Positions 11,538-22,436 of a stretch of DNA of 64,000 nucleotides are shown here, piece by piece (the stretch's first letter is position 1; every line of letters begins with the position of its first letter). A program made the translations under genes and the position numbers. The notes beneath the pieces were generated by a model. The model was not told where the DNA came from, did not search any database, and saw only the letters and a list, made by a program, of their open reading frames with translations. Source of the DNA: Paramoeba atlantica (taxonomy: Eukaryota; Protista; Discosea); assembly GCA_977017575.1 (NCBI GenBank), contig CDRNVI010000041.1, positions 310,001 through 374,000 on the forward strand. Reading direction: 5' to 3'.

Positions 11538-14073
11538 CCGAGAGTATTCTCACTTACGGTTTCCGTCAGATTTCTTCAAAGGAGGGTGTGCAACAAGGGG
11601 ATCCGTTGGGTCCTTTACTTTTTTCCCTCGTCATGCAACTGGTTACTACCGAGATAGATCGACAACTTCCTGGTCTTCTTAAGCTTAATCTGTGGTATTT
11701 GGATGACGGCATTCTCGGGGGGAAGGCTCAAGACGTCAGACGAGCTTTAGACATCATCGAACGAGTCGGCCCACAGTGGGGCATCTTCCTAAACGCCAAC
11801 AAGTGCGAGGCGATCACACATCCTGAATCCGCCGAACACCTGGACAGCTTCGGCAACATCCCGACGACTAAAAAGACAAGCGAGGGAAATTTTTCAATTT
11901 TAGGTAGCCCTGTAGGAACGACTGATTTCTGCACAGAATTTCTCCGTGAACACACCCTGTTGCCTGCTGAAGAATCCCTAGCCGCGATCGAATACATGGA
12001 AGACCCGCAAGTTTCCCTCGCACTCATCCGACAGTGTGCTGGTTTCAGCCAAATGGCATATTCTCTTAGAACCACACCCACCAATTCCGTCCATGAGTTA
12101 TGCGAAGAACTTGACACAGCAATACTACATACCACGGAACGCTCTATATGCCCTTTAAATGAAGATGCTGCCGCACAAGTACAACGTCCAAAATCTTACG
12201 GTGGATTCGGGCTGCGCTCTTCAGCGATGCATGCCTCATCGGCGTACGTTTCCTCAGTCTCTTTCGCAGCGGATAAGGACAACTGGAACTCCCTCGACGC
12301 AAAAGATTTTGCTGATGCAGTACTGGACGTCAATTCACGAGCGGGCACCAGCGTCCTGGAAGAGAAAACCGGTCTAATTTCCCCTCAGCACGCTTCCTCT
12401 CTCTCTCACCTCAAAAAAGTACTGGGTCTCCGTGGATCAAAACGACCTCTCCCGGCGAATCTTCCCGTAGCACCACCCGGAGACACGACGACCCCTTACT
12501 TTGAACAAACGAAACTCGACCACGAGTTTTCATCTTCCAACGACCGAGTCGCACGCCAAAAGGTGCTCAGCCGTGCAATTTCTTCCCGCGAGTACACCGA
12601 TGCATATCAGAAAGCTGATCCTCAAACGAGGGCACGTTGGATATCTCAATCTGGAAAAGGGGCAGGTGACTGGCTGTTTGTCACGCCCTCCAGGGAAAAG
12701 GGGCACGCCTTTACTAAAACGGAGTTCCGCACCCTGTGCACCTGGTGGCTAGGACAAAAAGTATATCCAGAAACACACCCCTGTCCCGTCTCAGGCTGCA
12801 CGCTTCCGATGGGACCACAAGGAGACCACGCATTGGTCTGTAAACACGACTACGGGATCTCTGCGAGGCATAATGCCTTGGCCCTCCAGTTCTTTGACGT
12901 TTGTCAAAAGGCCAATTTGTCTCCGAAAAGGGAGCACAGCCTCGGCAACAGAGGTCCAGGGGGGGCACTCACAAGACCAGGGGATGTGTTCCTTCCGAGC
13001 TACACGCTCGGTAAAGGCCTTGTCTTTGATTTTGCGGTGACCCACGTCCAGCAACAGAAATATACGGACCTGGTCCGTTCTGCTGGCATGGTAGCTGCAG
13101 GGGCCTTCGCAGAGAAATATGCAACGAACCACAAGCGTGGACAAAGGCAAGAGGCTATAGAGGCCGGACATGATTTCACCGCCATGGTAGTGGAATCGTA
13201 CGGATCATGGAGCCCGACGTCCCTCCATATGCTGAAGAAGATCGCGGGAAAAAGAGCCGCAGCATGTAAGGGTGATATGTCCGAGCAAGCGTCAATGTTT
13301 TTTCTTCTCCAGGACATGAACGTTACGCTCATGCGGTCTCAGGCACGAATGCTTGTAAGACGCATGGCAGACGTGGATATCCATGCCAGTCTCGCTTTAC
13401 TGAACGAGGCACCCTCTGACACCACACCAAATCGTGCCAGCTGCGGACCGGCAGGAGCGATCGAGCCTACAGTGCCTATTCTCACGCCTCGCCTTCTTGA
13501 GTGAGGTACCCCAAGGTGAGATAGGTAGGGATTCGGACTGACAGTCCTATTTCAGCACGAAGACGCCATGGTATCCAGGACGGGTGCTGGTCGGGTCGAC
13601 AGAGTCTATACTCACGCCTAGCCCGCGAGGGCTAGGTACCCCAAGTGAGGTAGTACACGGGTAGTGAATCTCCTCCCCGTCGGCCAGCATCCTGTTTCGT
13701 GACCGTGTCGCTGTCGACACAGGCCCGCGCCTGCGCCCTCCCGTATAGCAAGGGAAGGGTTCACAAGTCAGGCCGTGGAGAGGTCGAAAGACCAGGTCCG
13801 GAACGCGCGAATGGATTGGGCATGGATTGCTTGCTTTAATTTTTACTGTTTTTCTTGTTTGTAGTATATACTTAGGGGAGACTAAATTGCTAGTTTTGGG
13901 CTGAGAAAAAAGGTACATCTGTGGACAGAAAAAGAATTGCTAATTTGATTGTTTGTTTTCAACTCGTATACCCCCCCCAATGGACCTACTTGGTTCGTCT
14001 ACTGGGTCAAAATATAGAGGCAATGCCGCGATTCATACTTCTCCCCCCTTATTAATTGCAAAAAAAAAAAAAA
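11538..14073 (+). mobile_element. 5'-truncated CRE-like family D element
   Basis: Open frame to 13504 with QQGDPLGPLLF, WYLDDG, RHN, TRPGDV, FDFAVTH; 3' module at about 13582-13825; poly(A) 14058-14073. Confidence 0.9.
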
Positions 14074-14107
14074 AACTGTTGTCAAAAAAAAAAAAAAAAA
14101 AAAAAAA

Positions 14108-14428
14108 CACGGGTAGTGAATCTCCTCCCCGTCGGCCAGCATCCTGTTTCGCGACCGTGTCGCTGTCGACACAGGCCCGCGCCTGCGCCCTCCCATATAG
14201 CAAGGGAAGGGTTCACAAGTCAGGCCGTGGAGTGGTCGAAAGACGCGGTCCGGAACGCGCGAATGGATTGGGTCTGTATTGCTTGTTTTAGTTTTTACTG
14301 TTTCTTGTTTGTAGTATATACTTAGGGGAGATTAAATTGCTAGTTTTGGGCTGAGAAAAAACAAAAGGTACATCTGTGGAAACAAAAAGAATTGCTAATT
14401 TGATTGCTTGTTTTCAAAAAAAAAAAAT
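14108..14428 (+). mobile_element. Isolated 3'-end fragment (half of the 3' module + tail + poly(A))
   Basis: Starts at CACGGGTAGTG after poly(A); near-identical to 24985-25290. Confidence 0.8.
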
Positions 14429-14801
14429 AATAGTCCACGTTTTGAAATTTAGCCGAGGGGCTGTTATGTATTTGCCTGCTGGCCCTTCGGGGCACATAAT
14501 TTCTTCAAATTATGATTTGTGCTCTATAATTACATGGATTGGATATTCTACTATTGAGGGAGATACGGAGTATCTAACTCGCTTACTAAGGTTAATTCCA
14601 AAACTTGAAAATGCCCTTCAAAGAAGCGAGAGATCGAGTTTTTTCAAAATTTTAAAACGTAGCAGTAGCTCATTAGATGAACTCTTTAATACTCGAAAAA
14701 TCATCTACAACGACCTCATTTCCCAAATTGTAGAACACTTTTGGTAAAAAAAAGTGCGTCTGCAAATGTCTGCGATACGACAAACTGGTTGACTAAGGAG
14801 A

Positions 14802-14883
14802 GTCCTTTGAGTAGTCCAGTTGGTAAAGGGGTTCCATTTTGACGCTGGATGTCCGCGGTTCGATTCCCGGCGTCGACATTTTT
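14802..14883 (+). promoter_or_regulatory. Degenerate tRNA-like sequence with Pol III box A, box B and a T-run
   Basis: Box A-like TAGTCCAGTTGG at 14812, box B GGTTCGATTCC at 14857, TTTTT at 14879; stems pair poorly, so it is not a functional tRNA. Confidence 0.5.
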
Positions 14884-15049
14884 GAACAAAAAGAAATTAT
14901 ATGCTCAAAATCGCGAAAAAAACAAATTCGGAACGATTTTTTTTTTCAGATTTTTTTTTCTTGAAAAAAGTGGCCAGCTGGGCCACCAAAAACACGGTTT
15001 GCATTTTGTATATATATAGAGGGAAAAATAATGTGCAGGTCCGAGTGGT

Positions 15050-16790
15050 ACAGTGTGTAGCTACAGTGGCCCTTGAGAGAGTGAGAGCAGTGCCACGTGA
15101 GGCAGTGATTGCACAGTGATGCAGTGCAGCTGCAGTGGCACGTGCCAGAGTAAGTGCACTTCCATGTGAGGCAGTGACTGCAGTGATGCAGTGTAGCTGC
15201 AGTGGCACGTGCCAGAGTAAGTGCACTGCCATGTGAGGCAGTGACTGCAGTGATGCAGTGTAGCTGCAGTGGCACGTTCCAGAGTAAGTGCACTGCCATG
15301 TGAGGCAGTGACTGCAGTGATGCAGTGTAGCTGCAGTGGCACGTGAGAGAGTAAGTGCACTGCCATGTGAGGCAGTGACTGCAGTGATGCAGTGTAGCTG
15401 CAGTGGCACGTGAGAGAGTAAGAGTAGGGCCACGTGAGGCAGTGACTGCAGTGATGCAGCGCAGCTGCAGCGGCACGTGCGAGAGTAAGATTACTGCCAC
15501 GTGAGGCAGTGAATGCAGTGTAGATACAGTGGAATGTGAGAGAGTCAGTGACTCGCGGGCGTAGTTGGTAGACGGTGGGCCTTACAACCTGCAGGTTGTT
15601 GGTTCGATTCCCGCTATCGACAAAACTCGCAACCTGGCGGCCTCACTACAAAGGGAAAGCGATCAGGAGTGCCTTCAAGGCCCACACCCAACCCCGCTCC
15701 CCTGTAGGACCGACCCGGAACCGCCGAGCTGAACCAGGCTCCAGCGCAGCCGCTAAATTGCGAGCTGCTTACGCAAAGGAGGCTTGAGACACAGCCTACA
15801 TGATGCAACGGGGTTGGGCGCCCGTCCTGGTAGCTACGGTTGGGTAGCCGTGCTCGGGCCGCAAGGCGTCGAGTGCCGTCTGGGAAGGGGGTAGCAAGAC
15901 GATGAAGGTCGGTGTCCTGAGACTCTACCCTAACGGTTGGCGCTGCAGAGCCCTCCGTGTTCTTCTCTTCTCTAAGATTACTGCCACGTGAGGCAGTGAA
16001 TGCAGTGTAGATACAGTGGAATGTGAGAGAGTCAGTGACTGCAGTGTAGCTACAGTGGCACGTGAGAGAGTAAGATTACTGCCACGTGAGGCAGTGACTG
16101 CAGTGATGCAGTGCAGCTGCAGTAACACGTGAGAGAGTGAGAGTACTTCCACGTGAGGCAGTGACTGCAGTGATGCAGTGCAGCTGCAGTAACACGTGAG
16201 AGAGTGAGAGTACTGCCACGTGAGGCAGTGACTGCAGTGTAGCTGCAGTAGCACTTGAGAGAGTAAGTGTACTGCCACGTGAGGCAGTGACTGCAGTGTA
16301 GCTTCAGTAGCACGTGAGAGAGTGAGAGTACTGCCACGTGAGGCAGTGATTGCAGTGTAGATACAGTGGCAGAGTGACAGGCAGTGCCACGTGAGGCAGT
16401 GACTGCAGTGATGCAGTGCAGCTGCAGTAGCACGTGAGAGAGTAAGATTACTGCCACGTGAGGCAGTGAATGCATCGGCACTGTACCTACAGTGGCACGT
16501 GAGAGAGTGAGAGCAGTGCCCCGTGAGGCAGTGATGCAGTGTAGCTGCAGTGGCACGTGAGAGAGTAAGAGCAGTGCCACGTGAGGCTGCAGTGTAGTTG
16601 ACTGCAGTGTAGCTGCAGTAGCACGTGAGAGAGTGAGAGTACTTCCACGTGAGGCAGTGATCGCAGTGCAGCTGCATTGGCACGTGCGAGAGTAAGAGTA
16701 GTGTCACGTGAGGCAGCGACTGCAGTGTAGATACAGTGGCACGTGAGAGAGTAAGTGTACTGCCACGTGGGGCAGTGACTCACGTTGAGT
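15050..16790 (+). repeat. 59-67 bp minisatellite rich in CAGTG/CACGTG, interrupted at about 15550-15975
   Basis: Unit CAGTGGCACGTGCCAGAGTAAGTGCACTGCCATGTGAGGCAGTGACTGCAGTGATGCAGTGTAGCTG, period 67 (15133, 15200). Confidence 0.9.
15550..15621 (+). promoter_or_regulatory. Second tRNA-like box A/box B sequence
   Basis: GCGTAGTTGGTAGA ... GGTTCGATTCCC ... TCGACA, ending like the copy at 14802. Confidence 0.4.
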
Positions 16791-16824
16791 GAGTCCACTG
16801 AGTGAGTCCCACGGGGGTGGGAGA

Positions 16825-17050
16825 GTGTTGTGGAAGAGTGGCCTGCTGGCCATGTTGTGGAAGGGTGGCCAGCTGGGCATGTTGTGGAAGTGACCATGTT
16901 TTGGAAGTGGCCATGTTGTGGAAGTGACCATGTTTTAGGAGTGGCCAATTTGTGGAAGGGTGGCCAGCTGGCCATGTTGTGGAAGGGTCGCCAGCTGGCC
17001 ACCAAAAACACGGTATGTGCTTCGTCGAAAAGTCGCCAGCTGGCCACCAA
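16825..17050 (+). repeat. About 27-bp tandem repeats GGCCAGCTGGCCATGTTGTGGAAGGGT
   Basis: Several degenerate copies; also at 31990-32170. Confidence 0.8.
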
Positions 17051-17212
17051 AAACACGGTTTGCATTTTGTATATATGTAGAGAAAAAAAAACGAGCAGGG
17101 TCATACTTCAAAAAAAAGATTTCAGAAGCTTGTTTCCTTCAAGATTACTTGTCACGAGGTAAAGCACCACCCGCGCCAGCGGGTCTGCACCGCCTCGAAC
17201 GGCCCGCCGTAT

Positions 17213-17417
17213 AACCCAGATTGAAAGGGGCGAGGGAGATACGAAGCAAGAGGCGTGGCAGATTCCCACTGAAAAGAAATGGTATCTCCCGCACGAAGTT
17301 TGTCTCCGAGCTAGAAAGCGCAAAGGCTTTTCTCGTGCGGGGAGATACCATTTCTTTTCAGTGGGAATCTGCCACGCCTGTTGCTTCGTATCTCCCTCGC
17401 CCCTTTCAATCTGGGTT
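17213..17417. repeat. 205-bp palindromic (foldback/MITE-like) element, copy 1
   Basis: About 85-bp arms AACCCAGATTGAAAGGGGCG... around a 36-nt spacer. Confidence 0.85.
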
Positions 17418-17462
17418 TCTTATATATCCTTGTTAGGTTGTTAGTAAAAAAAAAAAAAAAAA

Positions 17463-19464
17463 CGAACCCTGCCTCGGCACACCAAACTGCTCTTTTTTCC
17501 GATATTCCGGAACCCAAGATAAACCGCGAAGGAAATTTTGACATTCTTGGGAGCCCCATAGGCTCTGCTCAACATTGCATAGATTTCCTTACGACACACG
17601 CCGTGGAACCGGCAGAAGAGACCCTGGAAGCTATAGAAATGCTCGAAGATCCTCAAATTGCCTTGTCATTGATCAGAAAGTGTGCGGGTTTTTGTCAAAT
17701 GGTCCATTCGCTTCGAACTACCACACCACATGAGCTTTCTGCACTCTGTCAGCGCCTTGATGAAGCAGTCCTCCATGCGTATGAATGGAATATATGCCCG
17801 CTTAGCTCCTCAGCTCGATCACAAGTTCAACGCCCGAAACGGTATGGAGGTTTTGGTCTCCGATCTGCATCTGCGCACCGCTCAGCGGCGTACGTGTCTT
17901 CAGTTGCTTTTGCTGCAGAGACGGATCGTTGGCTACCGTCAGATGCAGAAGGATTATCTTCCGCAGTCCTGGACATCAATCACCGGAGCGGAGGACCCGT
18001 AGTTGATCCGGACACGGGAAGAGCATTAGAGGAGATCAGCTCCCCTTTTCCGACAGGATCTAGTCAAAGTACAGAAACGGACAATTCTTGCACCCCCCGT
18101 CAACGTGCCTTGAGCGACGCAATCTCGGCGCACGAATTTTCATGTGCGTACGCAGCGGCGGACAGTAGCACTCGCACGAGGTACACCTCTCAGACTGGAG
18201 ATGGGGCCAGCAGCTGGGCATTTTGCATCCCATCAACTGAGCTTGGCCACGCTTACACACCCACAGAATTCCGCGCCCTCTCCAGGTGGTGGTTAGGTGC
18301 CAAGGTCTACAACGAGTTGAGCACGTGCCCAATTAACACATGCCAACAACCTCTCGACCTCGAAGGAAACCATGCAGTGTCTTGCAAAAGTGGGAATGGA
18401 CTGATCTCCCGCCACAATGCGCTCATTACACAATTCACCGACACGTGCTCCAAGGCGAATTTATCACCTTCACGTGAGGTAAGCCTGGGGAACCTAGGGC
18501 CTGGCGGCTGTCCCACGAGTCCGGGCGATGTCTTTATTCCGGGCTATGAGAAAGCTCAAGGTCTGGTGCTTGATTTTGCTGTCACCCACGTTCAGCAACC
18601 TAAATACACGGACTTAGTCCGCAACGCTAACGGGGTGGCGGCAGGATCATTTGCGGAGCACTACGCCGCTTCTCACAAGGTGAAAGAGAGAGAGGAGGCG
18701 GAACAAGCAAAACATGTGTTTGTTGCCATGGTGGTAGAATCATATGGTGCTTGGAGTGCAAGTGCCCTATCAATCCTTAGATGGGTTGGGAAGCATCGCG
18801 CCTCATGTTCCCAGGGGACTCTATCTCAAGAAGCAGCTACCCGTCAGCTGCTTCAAGAGCTTAACCTCACCCTGATGCGTTCTCAATCGAGAATGCTTGT
18901 CTCACGCATGCCGGCTGAAGATCCACAACCGGCACTTATTTTGCAGTAGCCTAAACCAAGGCTCGCGGATACCGGCATGTTCGAAGGCTGAGGGTGCTGG
19001 TCTCGTCGACAGAGTCTATACTCACGCCTAGTCCGTCAGGGCTAGGTACCCCAAGTGAGGTAGTACACGGGTAGTGAATCTCCTCCCCGTCGGCCCGCAT
19101 CCTGTTTCGCGACCTTGTCGCTGTCGACACAGGCCCGCGCCTGCGCCCTCCCGTATAACAAGGGAAGGGTCCACAAGTCAGGCCGTGGAGAGGTCGAAAG
19201 ACCCGGTCCGGAACGCGCGGATGGATTGGGCGTGGATTGCTTCCTTTTTTATTATTATTGTTATCAGAATCATAAATAACTTAAGGCAGGTTGAATTACT
19301 AGTTTTGGGCTACAACATGTGAAATTGCTAATTTGATTGCTTGTTTACAAATCATATACCCCCCCCAATGGACCTTCATGGTTCATGTATTGGGTAATAT
19401 AGAGGCAATGCCGCGTTTCATACTTCTCCCCCCTTATTAATCGCATAAAAAAAAAAAAAAAAAA
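17463..19464 (+). mobile_element. 5'-truncated family C copy, tandem unit 1
   Basis: Starts at CGAACCC after poly(A); open frame to 18949; 3' module at about 18990-19230; poly(A) 19447-19464. Confidence 0.9.
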
Positions 19465-21465
19465 CGAACCCTGCCTCGGCACACCAAACTGCTCTTTTTT
19501 CCGATATTCCGGAACCCAAGATAAACCGCGAAGGAAATTTTGACATTCTTGGGAGCCCCATAGGCTCTGCTCAACATTGCATAGATTTCCTTACGACACA
19601 CGCCGTGGAACCGGCAGAAGAGACCCTGGAAGATATAGAAATGCTCGAAGATCCTCAAATTGCCTTGTCATTGATCAGAAAGTGTGCGGGTTTTTGTCAA
19701 ATGGTCCATTCGCTTCGAACTACCCCACCACATGAGCTTTCTGCACTCTGTCAGCGCCTTGATGAAGCAGTCCTCCATGCGTATGAATGGAATATATGCC
19801 CGCTTAGCTCCTCAGCTCGATCACAAGTTCAACGCCCGAAACGGTATGGAGGTTTTGGTCTCCGATCTGCATCTGCGCACCGCTCAGCGGCGTACGTGTC
19901 TTCAGTTGCTTTTGCTGCAGAGACGGATCGTTGGCTACCGTCAGATGCAGAAGGATTCTCTTCCGCAGTCCTGGACATCAATCACCGGAGCGGAGGCCCC
20001 GTAGTTGATCCGGACACGGGAAGAGCATTAGAGGAGATCAGCTCCCCTTTTCCGACAGGATCTAGTCAAAGTACAGAAACGGACAATTCTTGCACCCCCC
20101 GACAACGTGCCTTGAGCGACGCAATCTCGGCGCACGAATTTTCATGTGCGTACGCAGCGGCGGACAGTAGCACTCGCGCGAGGTACACCTCTCAGACTGG
20201 AGATGGGGCCAGCAGCTGGGCATTTTGCATCACATCAACTGAGCTTGGCCACGCTTACACACCCACAGAATTCCGCGCCCTCTCCAGGTGGTGGTTAGGT
20301 GCCAAGGTCTACAACGAGTTGAGCACGTGCCCAATTAACACATGCCAACAACCTCTCGACCTCGAAGGAAACCATGCAGTGTCTTGCAAAAGTGGGAATG
20401 GACTGATCTCCCGCCACAATGCGCTCATTACACAATTCACCGACACGTGCTCCAAGGCGAATTTATCACCTTCACGTGAGGTAAGACTGGGGAACCTAGG
20501 GCCTGGCGGCTGTCCCACGAGTCCGGGCGATGTCTTTATTCCGGGCTATGAGAAAGCTCAAGGTCTGGTGCTTGATTTTGCTGTCACCCACGTTCAGCAA
20601 CCTAAATACACGGACTTAGTCCGCAACGCTAACGGGGTGGCGGCAGGATCATTTGCGGAGCACTACGCCGCTTCTCACAAGGTGAAAGAGAGAGAGGAGG
20701 CGGAACAAGCAAAACATGTGTTTGTTGCCATGGTGGTAGAATCATATGGTGCTTGGAGTGCAAGTGCCCTATCAATCCTTAGATGGGTTGGGAAGCATCG
20801 CGCCTCATGTTCCCAGGGGACTCTATCTCAAGAAGCAGCTACCCGTCAGCTGCTTCAAGAGCTTAACCTCACCCTGATGCGTTCTCAATCGAGAATGCTT
20901 GTCTCACGCATGCCAGCTGAAGATCCACAACAGGCACTTATTTTGCAGTAGCCTAAACCAAGGCTCGCGGATACCGGCATGTTCGAAGGCTGAGGGTGCT
21001 GGTCTCGTCGACAGAGTCTATACTCACGCCTAGTCCGTCAGGGCTAGGTACCCCAAGTGAGGTAGTACACGGGTAGTGAATCTCCTCCCCGTCGGCCCGC
21101 ATCCTGTTTCGCGACCGTGTCGCTGTCGACACAGGCCCGCGCCTGCGCCCTCCCGTATAACAAGGGAAGGGTCCACAAGTCAGGCCGTGGAGAGGTCGAA
21201 AGACCCGGTCCGGAACGCGCGGATGGATTGGGCGTGGATTGCTTCCTTTTTTATTATTATTGTTATCAGAATCATAAATAACTTAAGGCAGGTTGAATTA
21301 CTAGTTTTGGGCTACAACATGTGAAATTGCTAATTTGATTGCTTGTTTACAAATCATATACCCCCCCCAATGGACCTTCATGGTTCATGTATTGGGTAAT
21401 ATAGAGGCAATGCCGCGTTTCATACTTCTCCCCCCTTATTAATCGCATAAAAAAAAAAAAAAAAA
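19465..21465 (+). mobile_element. 5'-truncated family C copy, tandem unit 2
   Basis: Period of about 2 kb with a few SNPs relative to unit 1; open frame to 20951; 3' module at about 20992-21235. Confidence 0.9.
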
Positions 21466-22436
21466 CGAACCCTGCCTCGGCACACCAAACTGCTCTTTTT
21501 TCCGATATTCCGGAACCCAAGATAAACCGCGAAGGAAATTTTGACATTCTTGGGAGCCCCATAGGCTCTGCTCAACATTGCATAGATTTCCTTACGACAC
21601 ACGCCGTGGAACCGGCAGAAGAGACCCTGGAAGCTATAGAAATGCTCGAAGATCCTCAAATTGCCTTGTCATTGATCAGACAGTGTGCGGGTTTTTGTCA
21701 AATGGTCCATTCGCTTCGAACTACCCCACCACATGAGCTTTCTGCACTCTGTCAGCGCCTTGATGGCCGGGTGAGGCGAAGCTGAGGGAGACCTTACCCC
21801 CCCTGAAAAGTTGAAAAGTTGGGTAGGGGAAAGCAGGAAAGTAGGGAGAAAGGTGGGAAAAGTATGTCAAGAGGTGAGAAAGAGGAGAAAGAGAGAGAAA
21901 AATTTTCTTTATTTGCATAAAAACAATATAAAAAAAAAAAAAAAAACTTCAATTTGCGCCGTATGCTCAATGGAGGCTTTTTCAAATAAATTCGGATTTC
22001 TCGAGAGTTTGACAAAAAAAAAAAAAAAAAAAAAAACGAACCCTGCCTCGGCACACCAAACTGCTCTTTTTTCCGATATTCCGGAACCCAAGATAAACCG
22101 CGAAGGAAATTTTGACATTCTTGGGAGCCCCATAGGCTCTGCTCAACATTGCATAGATTTCCTTACGACACACGCCGTGGAACCGGCAGAAGAGACCCTG
22201 GAAGCTATAGAAATGCTCGAAGATCCTCAAATTGCCTTGTCATTGATCAGACAGTGTGCGGGTTTTTGTCAAATGGTCCATTCGCTTCGAACTACCCCAC
22301 CACATGAGCTTTCTGCTCAAGGAAGTAGGGTAAAAGGTTTTAAGTGGTGGAAAGTTCGAAACGTAGATATAAACATTAGAATCAATACTAAAAAAAAAAA
22401 AACAATATAAAATTGCAAAAAAAAAAAAAAAAAAAA
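21466..22436 (+). mobile_element. Stack of short fragments: C (21466-21765), P1 tail, C (22037-22316), P2 tail, with poly(A) tracts
   Basis: Both C pieces start at the same CGAACCC nucleotide; the tails match 6613-6875 and 52680-52760. Confidence 0.85.

Noticed and set aside
14553-14747. Small ORF EGDTEYLTRLLRLIPK...VEHFW present in both block copies
   Set aside because: No recognisable motif or credible start; conservation is explained by recent duplication
15050-16790. CRISPR-like array
   Set aside because: No unique spacers, and the context is eukaryotic; the 76-bp repeat at 63510 fails for the same reason
14897-17104. His/Cys-rich ORFs over the minisatellites (also 30655-32193)
   Set aside because: Translations of tandem repeats in several overlapping frames
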